Of a DNA stretch of 64,000 bases, positions 38,934 to 53,542 are shown piece after piece. The translations under genes were made by a program, and so were the position numbers. The stretch is from Octopus vulgaris (lineage: Eukaryota). Positions within the stretch are counted from its first letter, which is position 1; each line of letters starts with the position of its first letter. The stretch lies in NCBI GenBank assembly GCA_951406725.2, contig OX597817.1, positions 19,096,001 to 19,160,000 of the forward strand. Reading direction: 5' to 3'. The notes beneath the pieces were generated by a model, which saw nothing but the letters and a program-made list of their open reading frames with translations, made no database searches and had not been told where the DNA came from.

Positions 38934-39358
38934 AGCTTCACGTTAACCACAAGTTACGCATTACCTTCTTTAAAAATGTGATATATTAGGATCTACATTC
39001 TACTAAATATGGATAGGATTCTTTGACCAATGGTGCTTCTTACATATCTTAAGATGTGAAACAAAATAATTGCAAATAATCCAGTGAGAAGTTTTCGTAT
39101 TCAGGTTTTTCATTCTTTCCGTAATATGCTAAATATAAAACCAGTGCACAATTTCCATCCTGAGCATGGTTACATGTTTCGCGAATATGTTAGAAAAAAA
39201 ACCCATTCCTTTCTCTTTTTATTGAAAAGATTGTTATTCAATCCATCTAATATACGGCATCTCAGTTTACGTTGTTGACTCGACCAAGTAGCCTTATATC
39301 TAAACACTGTTCATACACGTACAACACATACGCGTACATATACTTGGATAGTACATCA

Positions 39359-39392
<34 letters not shown>

Positions 39393-40410
39393 CCCATACA
39401 TGCACATACATACATACACACGCAGACACACACACACACACGTAATCTTGCCAACATCTGTTGTTTAATATTGAACTTATATATTTGAAGGCAATATATC
39501 ATTCGCTGTGTGTTGACAGATATGAATTCCTGCCAGATGATTGATGTTGTTCGTAACACAACAAATATCGTGATGAATTGGCATAGAATTGAAAATAAGA
39601 TTAATGACCAACGCACACAGGTTACATATATATATATATATACGCTTTTATCCGAATCACGGCCCCCGATTAACGTTTGTCAAACAGTGTATGGATTAAA
39701 ATACAGTAACAAATGCAAAATGAACAAGAGGAGAAATACCAATGCTATTTAGATTTTCTAGTCTTTAGTTATTAAAAACATGAGTCGCCTTGTTTATGCT
39801 TTCCGAAAAGCGTATATGAAGTGAATTTAAAAGGAGTTAACTCATAAAAATCTGATTCCTCATTTCTTTGGATAGAATGCGAATAATTATTCTCGATCAA
39901 ACGATAGTGATTACTCTAAACATAAATTAAAAGAAATATCGTTATAATTGCTCCGCTCGTCTTAGAATGAATTAACTATTTTTAGAGAGTGTTTATAGAA
40001 GTCATTGCATTATCTCCTCCATATTAAGCATGTTGACATTATGAAACTGACCGCACTTCAAATACAAAGCAGATGTCTAATTCAAGAGTACAATTTGCGT
40101 ATATAGTCCGGAACTAAAGCAATTATCAAAAACGTAGCACAAACCAGCAGATCATAATCGTTTGAAAGAGAAGGCCAAGCTCTATACATATACATGTAGA
40201 TACAGATACTATTAGCAGCATCAGTGCCAACCAGCGAATGGCTCCCAAACATATTTCAACTAACGTAAAGTTCACATATACATACATACACATACATAAT
40301 ACAAACATACATACATGCAGATATGCAAGTATATACATGAGAAGACATACATAAAACATACAAATCTGCACGTAAACATACGTACGTACATACATATATG
40401 CAAAGAATAT

Positions 40411-42290
40411 GCATGCGATGAAGAAGAGCCTTGGCCTAGTTGCAACATTCTCAAAGGATGTAGAGTTGGAGTTTGGTCAGGATAAATGTTATATGGTTGT
40501 GAAAAGAGGGAAAACTATAAGCCAGACTAGGAACGTCTCAATCATGATTTCACTCTTTACCGTATATCTGACGATGAATGTTACTGGTACCTAAGGGTGG
40601 ATGAAAACATATCTTACAATGACACCCGTAACAAAACACGTGTCACTAAAGAGTATTACAGTCGAATAAAGAAAATTAGGGCCTCAGAAATTTCTGCATT
40701 CAATAAAACAGTGGCCCACAATGTGCTGGCAGTGCCAGTACTGATACCAACATTTGGTTTGCTTGATTGGACGCTTGATGGGATCCGAGTCATTGATGTG
40801 AAAATCCGAAAAATACTAACATGCACACATAATTTCCATATAAACAGTGACGTAGACTGCCTCTACATAAAATGAAAACAAGCCGTTAGAGGCTTAACAC
40901 CGATCCAAAATGCCTTTGAATGTCTTATCATAACCCCTTCGGCAACATCTTTTAACCAGCAAGTATCTAAAGGCATCCCTTTACCAAGTTTGCGTATATT
41001 AGGCTGATAATATCACAAGACATTGGAAGGTAGCTCCTTGAGCAAAATTATTTGTCTGATAACCTATAATACATACTGAAAGAATTCGCACGACTCTACT
41101 GTAACATATCATCAAATGAAAGGATGAGTCTATATGAGCAGAAGACTATGCATGGATATGTTAGCAGACAGTTCCGAGATGATACTAACATCGATTATCA
41201 AAGCAGTTGAGGATCGATGGATTAATAGCCGGATTACTACCTCCAACTTTGAAGGGAATGCGTTTGTAATCCAGGAACAGGAAATATCAACCAAGTAGCT
41301 GGTGCACAAAAAGGACAGAGATGCAGGAAAAGCAGTAAGATGTGACAACCGATGCAGAATTTGAGGAGTTCACACTGAAAATATCACGCAGTTGTCCAAA
41401 AATGTCATCGCGGCATTATATACCGATGAGACATGATGCTGTGTAGCTAGGACACTCTATGATGAAATCCGACGGAAGAATAACCCCGGGGACAAAGAAA
41501 TAAGAAACCACAGTATGGTAGAAGACATAGCCATTCATGATAAAAAGGATTATTGGTGGAATATGCCAGTGAAGACCTCAATATAATGTATGCACAACAG
41601 ATCTGATATAATGATTTGGGATAGTGAAGAGAAACTGTGCACAGTTGTGGTAATTAGCTGCCCAGCGGATGTTAACATAAAGCTGAAGATCAGTGAAAAA
41701 GAGAACACCTATGCTAAACTATTGAGAAATCTGCTGTTATCCTATCCATATTACAAGTTCAGGTTTATACGTGTAATTATAGTGGCCGGGGATACGTAAC
41801 ACATTACCTAAATACCGCTCTTGAGAAATTAAGCTTCTCGAAACCATAATTGAGAAAGGTAATTCGAAGATTATAGAGCGAATCCAACACTGGAACTATA
41901 AAAATCTGTAAAACTTTCCAGAAGTTTATCATTTAAATATATATGAGCATGTCTAGATATGCAACTATATGCATGAGTATACATCCATAAAGCAAAACAT
42001 ACACATCTGCACGTATACATACAAGCATACATACACACATACATACATACAAACAAAAATACCCTGCTGTTGATGGTGAAATACCATTGAAGGAATCTTG
42101 AACCTTGGTTAGAAACTGGTACGTTATCTATAGGCAAAAGATCTTGAAGCAAAACTAAACAACGACACACAAAAATGCCCTGTTGTTTGTGTTGAAATTC
42201 CAATGAAAGAGCCTTGGATCTATTTTTGAAACCGACTCTCTCTCTCTCTATTGGCAAGAAATCTCAATATAAAGCTGAATAAAGGTATAT
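40411..42290 (+). mobile_element. 5'-truncated R4/Dong-like LINE (RT C-terminus, CCHC, restriction-like endonuclease) in (CATA)n
   Basis: FSKDVELEFGQDKC, AFNKTVAHNVLAVPVLIPTFGLLDW, DVDCLY, CDNRCRI..CPKM...RHDAV, HNRSDIMIWD..VISCPAD...KENTY. Many stops. Confidence 0.85.
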
Positions 42291-44128
42291 ACATACATAC
42301 ATACCTATATATGTATTAGGGTTGCCAATTTTCTGCATTTAGCAGAAGATTTTTGAATCTAGCAGGGAAATGGCAGATTTGAAATTATATTTAGCATTTT
42401 TTTAAAGCATATTTCTCTGATCATGACATTTCCACAATTGTCACCATTTTTTCATCTTTTTCTTCCCGTTCTACTTTCGTTAATGTATCTTATAGCCAAA
42501 TCTTTGTACTATCAGATATTGTTGAATTTTTCTCCCACTTTCTTGAAACTTCAAATGAAAGTTTATCAAAAGGGAAGTTTATCAAGTTATGAACGTTTCC
42601 AGCTCTCCACCGGCTTGGATAAAGAGTGGTTGTGGTGGTGGGGGAGGGGGAGAAGATAACTCATGTCAGCACCTGAACTCACTTCACAATAATGTAAATG
42701 TGTTGCAAAGAATGAAAGCATGGAAATTCGTCCTAACAACGCTTTATTCTGTAGTGATGAGTTTTTATCATGGCAGGTTGACTGATTTACTTACAGTTTG
42801 ACTGTTTTAAAATAGTCCTGTGTTTTTTCATGCTTGTTTTGGATTATATATCTTACATAGAAGTAGGGGATGGCGAGGTCTCTCCCTTTATATTTCTACT
42901 TACTTTTTTTTGCAAGGTATTGTTATAGTTATATTTGTGGTTTTACCAATATGATATTAAATGTAAGATTGGAAGCCGAATATGATGTTCCCAGGTTTAT
43001 ATCAGAACACAGTTCTAGGATTTCTGGAGATTTTACTTTTCCATTTTTATGTTGACCACCCTACTTTCTGAATCAGTATTCTTCACCTCAAGAATTTGTA
43101 AGCTGCAAACATAAGAATTGTTAATGACGAATGAAAGAATTGTTAGCAGCAAACTGATAAGTTGTGTTTTCAATTTTATATTGATTAATCATTCTATTTA
43201 TTTTCTTGCCCCCCCCCACTACATTATAATGTGCAAAGAAAAAAGAAAGTTCTACCAGCAAAAATTCCGAAAGGAGTGGCTTAAGATGCCAGCATTTACT
43301 AAGTATTTGTGCGAAGTATCTAGTGGCTAATCTAACGCACATTGCAGATATTGTAGATGTAATATATTGGCAAAATATTCTCTTTTAGTAAGCCACTGTC
43401 AAGCAAAGAAACATAAGGTATCAACTCCACAGCAAATGATTCCTCTTACCAATTCTATTAAAACCAAAAATAATACGATATCAATGCTTGAAGCAAATTT
43501 AGCAATGTTTATTTGTTAATACTCATCCTTTAATAGCTGTGATCACTTAATAGTGTTATGTAAGAATTATATGTATGATAGTGATATTATCTCCAAAGTG
43601 ATGTTGCATCGTACTAATTGTGCAAATATTGTGAGAAATCTTCTAGCTCCATATTTTGAGGGAGATTTGATTTTTGATGTAGCCTGCTATTAGATGAATC
43701 CAATGATATATCGATAACCAAGTTGTTAGGAATTGTTATCATATATTATAGTGACACTCACAAATAAGTGGTACATACATATCTCAGTATGGTATCTTTA
43801 GAAACATGTGATGTAGATGGCATTGTAGATGCCTTAAAATTGAATTAGTGAAAAAGAAATTAGATATAAAAATTTACAGGCTATAGGAACCGACAATGCT
43901 ATAGGAATGATAGCATTCAACAATGGTGTTTTCCAGAAATTAAAAGAAGTTCCATCATTACTTCTATTTAGATGTGTACGTCATTTTTTACAGTTGGCAG
44001 TATCCCACACATGTGCTGAATGCTTGCCCATAAATTTAGAATTTTTAGTATCTGAAACCTATAAATGTTCTTCTCATTCTTCAACAAGACAGCGTACCCT
44101 TCAAACAACTTTACTTTGTAATCAATGA

Positions 44129-44520
44129 CTAGCAGTATCGCCCGGCGTTGCTCAGGTTTGTAAGGGAAATAACTATAAAGCATTTTTAGAGAGTTATAGC
44201 CAAAAAATAGCAAAAAAAATGGAAAAAAATTATGGTAAATTTTTTTTTTTTGTGAGAGTTAAAAAAGGTGGAGTTGCGTCCCCTAGACAGTTTGCTGTTT
44301 GTGTTTCTGATTCTCGACCCCATGTCGAATTTATCGATTTTTTTTCAGAACTGGGGGAACTTTTCAAAATTTCCGCTGCGTTAGTTTTGAATTATGACAT
44401 TGGGCTATGTGCGTGTCGAGTCTCATCAGAATCGGTTGAAAGCCGTGGTCAGGGTGAGGGTACAAGCAAACAGACACACAGAAACACGCACAGACAAACT
44501 GCCGTTTATATATAGAGAGA
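44129..44520 (-). mobile_element. Non-autonomous Helitron nested in the hAT
   Basis: 5' TCtctctatatataaa, 3' cctgagcaacgccgggcgatactgCTAG, A|T target. Removing it restores the transposase reading VIND|KEPLKI. Confidence 0.85.
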
Positions 44521-44667
44521 TAAAGAGCCTTTGAAGATCGCGAATTCCTGTACAACTAGTTGACTGTCAATAGAACCAGCGGTAAATAGAATTTTAAGCC
44601 AATGGTTTGAATTGCAAACTACAACTACAAAAGAAAAAAATGCTTTACAGCAAAAACGTTAATCTCT

Positions 44668-45066
44668 CTCTCTTTTACTTGTTTCAGTCATTTGACTGCG
44701 GCCATGCTGGAGCACCGCCTTTAATCGATGAAATCGACCCCGGAACTTATTCTTTGTAAGCCCAATACTTATTCTATCGGTCTCTTTTGCCTGAACCGCT
44801 AAGTGACGGGGACGTAGACACACCAGCATCGGTTGTCAAGCAATGCTAGGGGGACAAACACAGACACACAAACACACACATATATATATATATACATATA
44901 TACGACGGGCTTCTTTTCAGTTTCCGTCTACCAAATCCACTCACAAGGCATTGGTCGGCCCGAGGCTATAGCAGAAGACACTTGCCCAAGATGCCACGCA
45001 GTGGGACTGAACCCGCAACCATGTGGTTGGTTAGCAAGCTACTTACCACACAGCCACTCCTGCGCC
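44668..45066 (-). mobile_element. CORE-like octopus-type SINE nested in the hAT
   Basis: Full-length match to the 16497-16907 copy. Confidence 0.9.
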
Positions 45067-46615
45067 TATATGAAAAGTTACATGACAAGTTTTTTGATTC
45101 TAGGAATGAATTTTGCCTTTTATTTTTGCATGCATTTCAAAATATGTTCCGGAAGTGAGCAAACCCTTTGAATCAAACACTGTCGACAAAACAAAATTAC
45201 TTGAAAATCTTTCAAATTCGATCTAATCTGTTGCTAATATGATAACGTTGCCAACATGTAAAATTGATCCTCTTGATCCAAAGGCTTCGATTGATACATT
45301 TCTCGATCCTAAACCAAATTTTGGCTACAGTTTCGAGAGAAAGATAGCAGAAACGATTATCAAGAAGACTGTAACAGCCACCGGAGACAATAATATTCGT
45401 AAAGGGGCACACCAATTTTTACTCTGCCTTTATAAAGAGCTCGAGCCCCGTTTGCCAGGAAATATTAATATACTGAGGAATATCAAATGTCTTTCAGTTG
45501 AGAATATTTTGCAGAATTTCAAAGAGCCAACTTAGAAGCAGTGCATTTAAACGAAGAAAAATTGCTTCAATTGAAATTCATTTTAATAGCATTCCTGTAG
45601 TTAAATGAAAAAATACGTCTAATACTGGGGCATTCTGGCTCGAAGTCTTGGAATATAAAGATGCTACGGGACGAAATCCTTTTAGAGATGTTGCAAATTT
45701 TGCCATTAATCTATTGACATTGCTAAACTCAAATGTTGTTCAGTAGTATGGGTATAATCAAATCAAAATTGAAAAACAAAATGCATCTTCCTATGTTTAG
45801 ATCAATAACGTCTATAATATATGGCCTGAAAAGATATGGTAAATGTTGAAAAAACTTCGATATTCCAAAACACATAATTAACAAGATTGGGACTTTGAAT
45901 GTATACAGAAGTCAAGACCTAGGCACTGCGGCTGAAAAGGATGAAACCAGTGAAATTCAAGAAATTATTTCTCAATGTTGAATGTAACTAAAGAAAGTAA
46001 ATAAAAATGTAAATAAAAATGAAGCTTTTTGATAAAATTAGTGTTTAGATCTTTTTGTCATATTTAGCATTTTTTAGCATTTTAGGGGTATTTTTTCTAC
46101 TGAAATTTAGCATAAAATTCTGATTTTAAGTTGTCAATGCTGATGTGCATACATACATACATACATAGATACATACATACATACATACATACATACATAC
46201 ATACATACATACATACATACATACATACATACAAGCATACATACATACATATATACATATACATGTATATATTCATACACGCACACTTATATATTTATAT
46301 ATATGACATGAATCCTGTATTTTAGTACAATTGTATCATACTAAATTACCGGATTCATTCTTGTTGCTTATTTTTGATTATAATCACCCCGCATATTTTT
46401 ATGGGAAACACCATAAAAAATTCTGGTGCATCTAAATTAAGTTCTATATTCATTTGAATCTAAATTGTTGCTGAACTTATATATATATATATATATATAT
46501 ACAAGTAAAAATGTATATGTGCCTATAAAAATATATATACATATTTACAGACGTTATGTTGGATGGCCGTTGACTGTTCAGGAGTTCATCCGCCCTTTTT
46601 TACTTATACATACAT

Positions 46616-46848
<233 letters not shown>

Positions 46849-47139
46849 CCAGTAACGCTGCCGTAATCTACTTTAGAGAGACTTAGTAATTTTAATATTT
46901 CTATTATATATATATTATTTATATTTTTTAATTGCATATCTTTTAGTTTTCTTTATACAATATTATATTATACAATTCTTATTTCCATATCGTATCTTTT
47001 AAAAAAATTTCATATATATATATATGTATATTTTTACTTTTATATACACATATTTATTGCATATCTTTTACTTTTTTATATTTATATATAATCTTATTTA
47101 CATTTGTAAATCACATTTCGTACCTTTCTGTTTTTTATG

Positions 47140-50100
47140 AATGAGCTAATCCGCCTTGGTCACCGGAGGGATATTTTATCACTTTATAGAGTGTCGATAT
47201 TTTATCACTTTATAGAGTGTCTGAAATGGGATAGCTTACATCATGGACAGGTAGAAGCTCTTTAGCCTTGGTTGGTAATCTACGTAGGAGGACGAAATCT
47301 CCGAATTAAAACCTGAGGCATTGGGAGTTCCTGGTGTTGTTCACTTTCATGTCACACCGGCGAAAGTCTTCTTGGGGCAATAGGTGGGGGCAGTGAAAAT
47401 TATTCATCTGCAATGCAGGTACTTCTTGTACTCTAAATCTTTGTAAAATCATTGAATTGGTTGGTTGGCAGAAACCTAAAAGTGCACTTGAAACTTACTC
47501 TAAATTATCTCAGATTCAGTAGATGGCAAAAAAAAAAAGGCTTGGGACGTCAGGGGAACAGATCTGGCTAGGCAGGTGTTCCAGGTGTATCACAGGCTGG
47601 ACCCGGTCGTCATCCTTCCACTGTTGTTAAACAATCTCCAGGAAAAAGTAAAACTAAAAATCCTTTGAATTTTGTTTGTTGGAATGTGCGCACACTTCTT
47701 GATGGTAATTTTGACAAATGGCCAGAAGGGCGCACTGTTGCGCTCTTTGAAATTCGTGTCTCTCGTGAGGGTCAAGTAAATGAACCTACTTATGGATATA
47801 CTATCTTTGGAGATGGTTGCCTAAGGGTCAGCGTAGAGAATCAGGTGTTGGCTTTGCTCTCAAGAATGCATTAGTATCCTCCATTGCAGAGCTTCCAAGT
47901 GGTATATCTGAACGGATCATGTCATGCCTTATTAAGCTAAAAAATGGTAGGTTTCTTACCGTTGTCAGTATTTATGCACCAACGATGTCTCATTATGATG
48001 AAACTGTAGGACAGTTGTACGATGATCTGGCATAATTATTGAGGAAAGTACCAATTTCTGACAAGCTGGTCATAGTGGGAGTTTTCAAAGCAACAGTTGG
48101 AAAGGACTATGTTTCATGGCGGCCTGTTTTAGGTCGACATGGTATTGGAAAATGCAATAAAAATGGAGTAGCTCTTTTGACGTTTTGTACTGAGAATAAT
48201 CTGGTTGTCAACAACACTCTGTTTAAGCATGCACACAAGATCTAAACGCTAGCATCTCATAGATTATATTCTAATCAGAAAACTTGATATGAAATACTTT
48301 TCTTGCGTTTGGGCCATGAGAGATGGACCGACCATCATCTAGTGCGTGAAAAATAGGTTTTTCGATAATTCTTACAAATCGACAGTCTGGCTCTAAGGTA
48401 CCCAAAAAGTTAAATGTTGCAAACTTTAAGTTATCAAGCAACTTGCAAAGATTCCATGATACTATAGAAAGTATCGTCAGTGGGATTTGAATCACATAAT
48501 TACAGTGACTGATTCTCAGATAGATCAGCAGAAATGTATGATCTACTTTTAGAATAACAAAACGTAGGCAATGCACTTCTTTCTCACTCCTTGAACCCCA
48601 ACTCCAACGAAGCTTACAGAACGCTGAAAAGGAAAGTTCAGACTGTTCTAAAGAAACTTAAACAGGAATGGTGGAATGATAGAGCAACATTGGCACAAGA
48701 AGCAGCTGATAGAAATGATGCCAGTGGTTTTGTACCCTAAGTTAAGGAGGTATATGGTACAAAATCTTCTTCAATGGCTCCAATGAGAACAGTGAATTGC
48801 CGTTTTCTTCTTACTGACACCGATTCTATTCATTAGGTAGAATGAATAGGATTATTCATAAGCGTTGGGTAGAACATTTTTCTGCTCTTTGGAATGGACC
48901 ATCATCCGTTGACATGAGGACGATAGAAAAAATTGAACACCTTCAAGTTATAGAAGAGATGACATTTCAACCAACTGTAAATGGCATTCATTTAGCTGTG
49001 AATAAGTTGAATAATAATGAGTCTCGAGAGCTGACGGAATCTGTGCATAAATCTTGAAATATGGTGGGGATGTGTGTGACAAAATGTTTGAAGTCTTAAA
49101 TATATTAATTTGTCACTGTTGGAGAAATGAGAAAGTGCCTCAAGACTGGATTCATACCATTTTAGTCTCCTTGTATAAATCGGGTCCAAAGGATTTGTGT
49201 GGTAATTTTCGTGAGATTTCGCTTTTGTCTATGGTTGGAAAGGTACTCGCCCGCATTTTGTTAGAAGGTTTAAATACCTTTATAGTTTCATTTATAGTGT
49301 CTGAGTCTCAGTGTAGTTTTCATTCCTCCAGGTGCACTGCTGATTGTATCTTTACTATCAGACAATTACAAGAAAGGTGCATTGAACAGAATCTTGCTCT
49401 AGACCATTGCTTTGTTGATTTGAGAAGAGCATTCAATACAGTTAATCGAAATGCTCTGCGGCTAATTCTAAGGAAAATATGTTGCCCAGAAAAATTTGTA
49501 AACATGATCAGGACTTTGCATTAAGATATGAAAGCTAGAATTAACTTTGGTGGTAGGCTCCCTGAATCTTTTGCAGTGGAAAATAGAGTAAAGTAAGGAG
49601 ACCTTGATGCACTCAAAGGACTATGTTTCGTGGCCTGTTTTAGGTCGACATGGTGTTTTGTACGTTTTGTACTGAGAATAATCTGGGTGTCAACAACACT
49701 CTTTTGACGTTTTGTACTGAGAATAATCTGGTTGTCAACAACACTCTGTTTTAGCATGCACACAAGATCTAAGCACTGGCATCTCATAGATTATATTCTA
49801 ATAAGAAAACTTGATATGAAATACTTTTCTAGCGTTTAAGCCATGAGAGATGGACTGACCATCATCTAGTGCGTGAAAAATAGGTTTTTCGATAATTCTT
49901 AAAAATCGACAGTCTGGCCCTAAGGTACCCAAAAAGTTAAATGTTGCAAACCTTTGCAATATACTTTGCTGATGTGTTCTCACATGCTTCTCAAATCTCT
50001 GAGGAGGGTATTTACATGAAATATCGAATCACAGGGAATGTTTTTAATCTGACCATACTGAAATTCAAAACAGTTTTTAATTCACTTATTAGGGAACTTT

Positions 50101-51325
50101 TGTATGCTGATTATTGCAATCTTGTCAGTCATTCTGAAACTGCAATGTCTTCTATCTGCTTTTGACTCCGGCTTGTGATGATTTTGACATGAACATCAAC
50201 TTGATAAAAAAAAAGTTGTAATGCATCAACCTGCGTGTAGTGCTGTTTGTAACACCCGCTAAAATTTTTGTTAAGGGAAAGTTACTTGAAGTTGTGGATT
50301 CATTCGTCTACCTTGGAAGCTCTGTTCAAAGTGATGGAAATCTTGATGCAGAAAAAACATTCGCGAATTCAAAGAGCAGCAAAAGCATTTGCTGGCTTGG
50401 TTTCACGCGTTTGGTGCCAGCGACATAAAAATATGAATACAAAGCTGGCTCTTTACAAGTTATATGTCTTACCATCCGTGATGTATACCTGTGAAACTTG
50501 GACTTGTTATGAAAGGCATTTTAAATTGTTAGAACAATTTCACCAAAAATGCCTTCATCGCATTAAAAAAATTAAATGGTGTTCTTTTACTCCAAAGACA
50601 GATGTCCTACATCTGCCAGCATCACCTAAATCAAAGCTATGATTTTGAGGAACCAATTAAGATGGCGTGGCCTTATTGTTCGTATGACAGACGAACGCAA
50701 GCTGAAACAGTTTTTTATGGTGAGCTTGCAGAGGGGAAACACTATTAGTGTAAACCTAAAAATAGGTTTAAGGACGGCATAAGGACAACTATGAAGTCAC
50801 TTGGAATGCCTCCAGAAGATATAGAAACTCTTGCTTCGGATGGAGTTGGATAGCGAACAAAGGTGTGGAGTGGAGTAAAAGCATTTGAAAAGGTCAAGAT
50901 AACGCATGTAAGACTCAAAAGAGATCGAAGAAAGAATGTAACGATCGAGAAGGTGAATGACAATGACCTTTTGTGTGCACAGTCTGTGACAGACCATTCC
51001 TGTCTTTTGCTGGTCTCAAATCTCATCTGTAAACGCATGGAAAACGAACCTTCACCAACTATTCTGTCAATATGTCTGTGCACACATTTGAATGCAGTGT
51101 ATGCCAGAAGGTTTGCAAATCTAACGGAGGCCTGACAAAAAATTTAAGATTCACAAAGAGCAGAATTTATCTGCAGCTCTTGGTGGTCCAACTCGGAGGT
51201 GCGATCTATGTGGGTGTCTTTCAGAACATGTCTGGTTTTAAAAGCCACAGCAGATGCCATGATGGGGATAAGGTGTAGGAACAGGAGGTGGTCAAACAAA
51301 CTCTGCATAAAGTATAGACAATCAC
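47140..51325 (+). mobile_element. Near full-length decayed RTE-clade LINE (APE endonuclease, RT, C-terminal C2H2-like finger)
   Basis: CWNVRTLLD, SGVGFAL, VSIYAPT, CGNFREISLLSMVGKVLARIL, FVDLRRAFNTVNR, RELLYAD, FVYLGS, FECSVCQKVCKS. Many stops and frameshifts. Confidence 0.9.
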
Positions 51326-51338
51326 CACACACATACAT

Positions 51339-51392
<54 letters not shown>

Positions 51393-53504
51393 CCTCACAC
51401 ACACACACACCCTCTCTTACATATATATATATATATGTATGTATGTATCTATCTATAAATATACACACATATATATATGTACAAACATACACGCTTTTAC
51501 ATGAATCGCAGCCCCTGATAAACGTTTGTCCAACAGTGTATAGATTAAAACACAGTAACAAATCCAAAATGGAAAGGAGAGAAATACCAATGCTAATTAA
51601 GTTTCAATACATAAATACATACATGCATACATATATGTATAGAATATTGTTGATATATATATATTAAACATATAGTGTGATATATATATATATATATATA
51701 TATATTTACACACATCACACATAAATACACATGCACGAACACACACATATCGGTATGCACTATGCTTGAATATATGTGGCTGAATGATTTAGAAAGTCTG
51801 GTTTGGAGGCCATAAGTTACCAAGTGCAATAACTGCATGAGGCATTTTATTCAGATACTTTTATTTTTGTCCACTGATCAACCCAAAATTTGTGCTACGT
51901 AGAAAATGTAAGATTTCACCTGCTATACCGCCAATTCTAAAGACCCTAACTTGTCATGCTGTGATATACTCATGCTATCTGAGAATTACTTTAAGCATAC
52001 AACCGTCAATAGAAGACTCAACCACTGCATCATACTTATGTAATATATACACTCTTAAATGCATTTACATCAAATGTGCTTGTATGTATGAATCAATTTT
52101 TCTCTTGACAAAGTGTTCCCTTTTCTCAACAAATCTATATGAAATTTAAAAGCAGAGAGTATAAAGAAATATACATATAAAGAAAGGAGCACAGGATGCT
52201 CCTGTATCAATACAGGGACGAGTCAGCAGTCAGGAAATAGGAAGTAGGAAAATGAAAAACGTTATGCAGTAATTATTGTGTGGGGATATTATTGTAAGAT
52301 ATTGAAACATCAGTTTATCATGTACAAGCCTGCTTTTATAAGTCTTCCACTCTTTATTTCATCTTTCCGTCTCTCACTCTCAGATCTACATATCTGTCCT
52401 TCTGTTTAGATATTTAACACAAACCCTCGTACATACACACACACACACACACAAAGATATACACGGCAGGGGTAAATTACTGGTGCTGATTTTTGACATT
52501 TGTTATTCTTCATATTTTGTCTTTTGTCACACAGTCCTGGCGATTATGCAAATTTGCCGATGATTGGATGGTAAACTAGCAATGTTATGCAAATCTTTAT
52601 ATGACTGGAGAAAGTAAGACTACAGCTTTAGCAAGGGTATTTTTCTACATTTCATTATATTTCAAGAGGCATCTTCTCCGGTTAGATTTGCATTATGTTA
52701 AGCAAATGAAGAGAGGTCTTACAATGAAGTTCAGCGAGCAGTTATGTACGTAAGATTGTTGATGATACGACAGCGTCTTTACACTTCTATACATCATATA
52801 AGCCTAGATAAATTCAACTTAATTATGTCTCTGTAATGCAATAAGATATATGCAAATATGAAGTGCTTTGAGCGAAGTATTGTGTGACATTAAATTAGAT
52901 TAAAACTTGTTAAAATTCTAAAATAATGTAAAAGATATATATGTCTTCGAGATTTCGGGGATAAAACATTCTGAATCAAATCACAGACAAGAACTGCACA
53001 TGACAGACAAGTTAGTTTAATAATACTAGTATGTGCATATATCTGAGCAAAAATAACAGCTCTATTCCATTTTTCATTTCTTCATGTGTCCCGTTGTAGG
53101 GGTTCTAATCCCCCAAATTTCGGAGCAATACAAGGTAACACATTAATGGTGGTTTTGTTTTCACTTTCGCATTTACTTCATTTTGCATTGTTACAGCTAT
53201 CAATTTTATGTATTTATTTATCTATTTCTACATCTAAATGTATAGCCAACAATTGTAAGCACCTTCCTATTGGCTACACGTTTTTCAAAAAAATATTTTT
53301 ATATTGAAGTCTTTCACCATTCTAAAACATGTCTACCAACTTCATTCCAATCCGCCTAAAATACACACTCCTTTCCCTCTTCTCCCTCCTTGTTCTTTCT
53401 TTCCCCCTTTTTTATGTTTTTTTCTTCCTTTTTTTATATTATCTCATTTTGTGTCCACCGTCATACACTATGACAGGAATTACACACACACACACACACA
53501 CACG

Positions 53505-53540
<36 letters not shown>

Positions 53541-53542
<2 letters not shown>

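Larger units (their letters stand above)
42317..46142 (+). mobile_element. Full-span decayed hAT-superfamily DNA transposon
   Basis: Imperfect TIRs tagggttgccaa and ttgtcaatgctg. 8-bp flanks atatgtat and atgtgcat (6/8). Subterminal tttagca repeats. Transposase motifs YQQKFRKEWL..AHCRYC, LLDESNDIS, GTDNA, RCVRHFLQLAVS, FWLEVLEYKDATGRNPF. Confidence 0.85.

Noticed and set aside
47170-47221. Short tandem duplications (26 bp here; also 9185-9270, 13531-13675, 62309-62339)
   Set aside because: Ordinary slippage duplications with no further structure.
52536-52750. Two + strand splice-flanked open segments (also about 39521-39621)
   Set aside because: Frame undetermined and no consistent chain; such sites arise by chance in AT-rich DNA.
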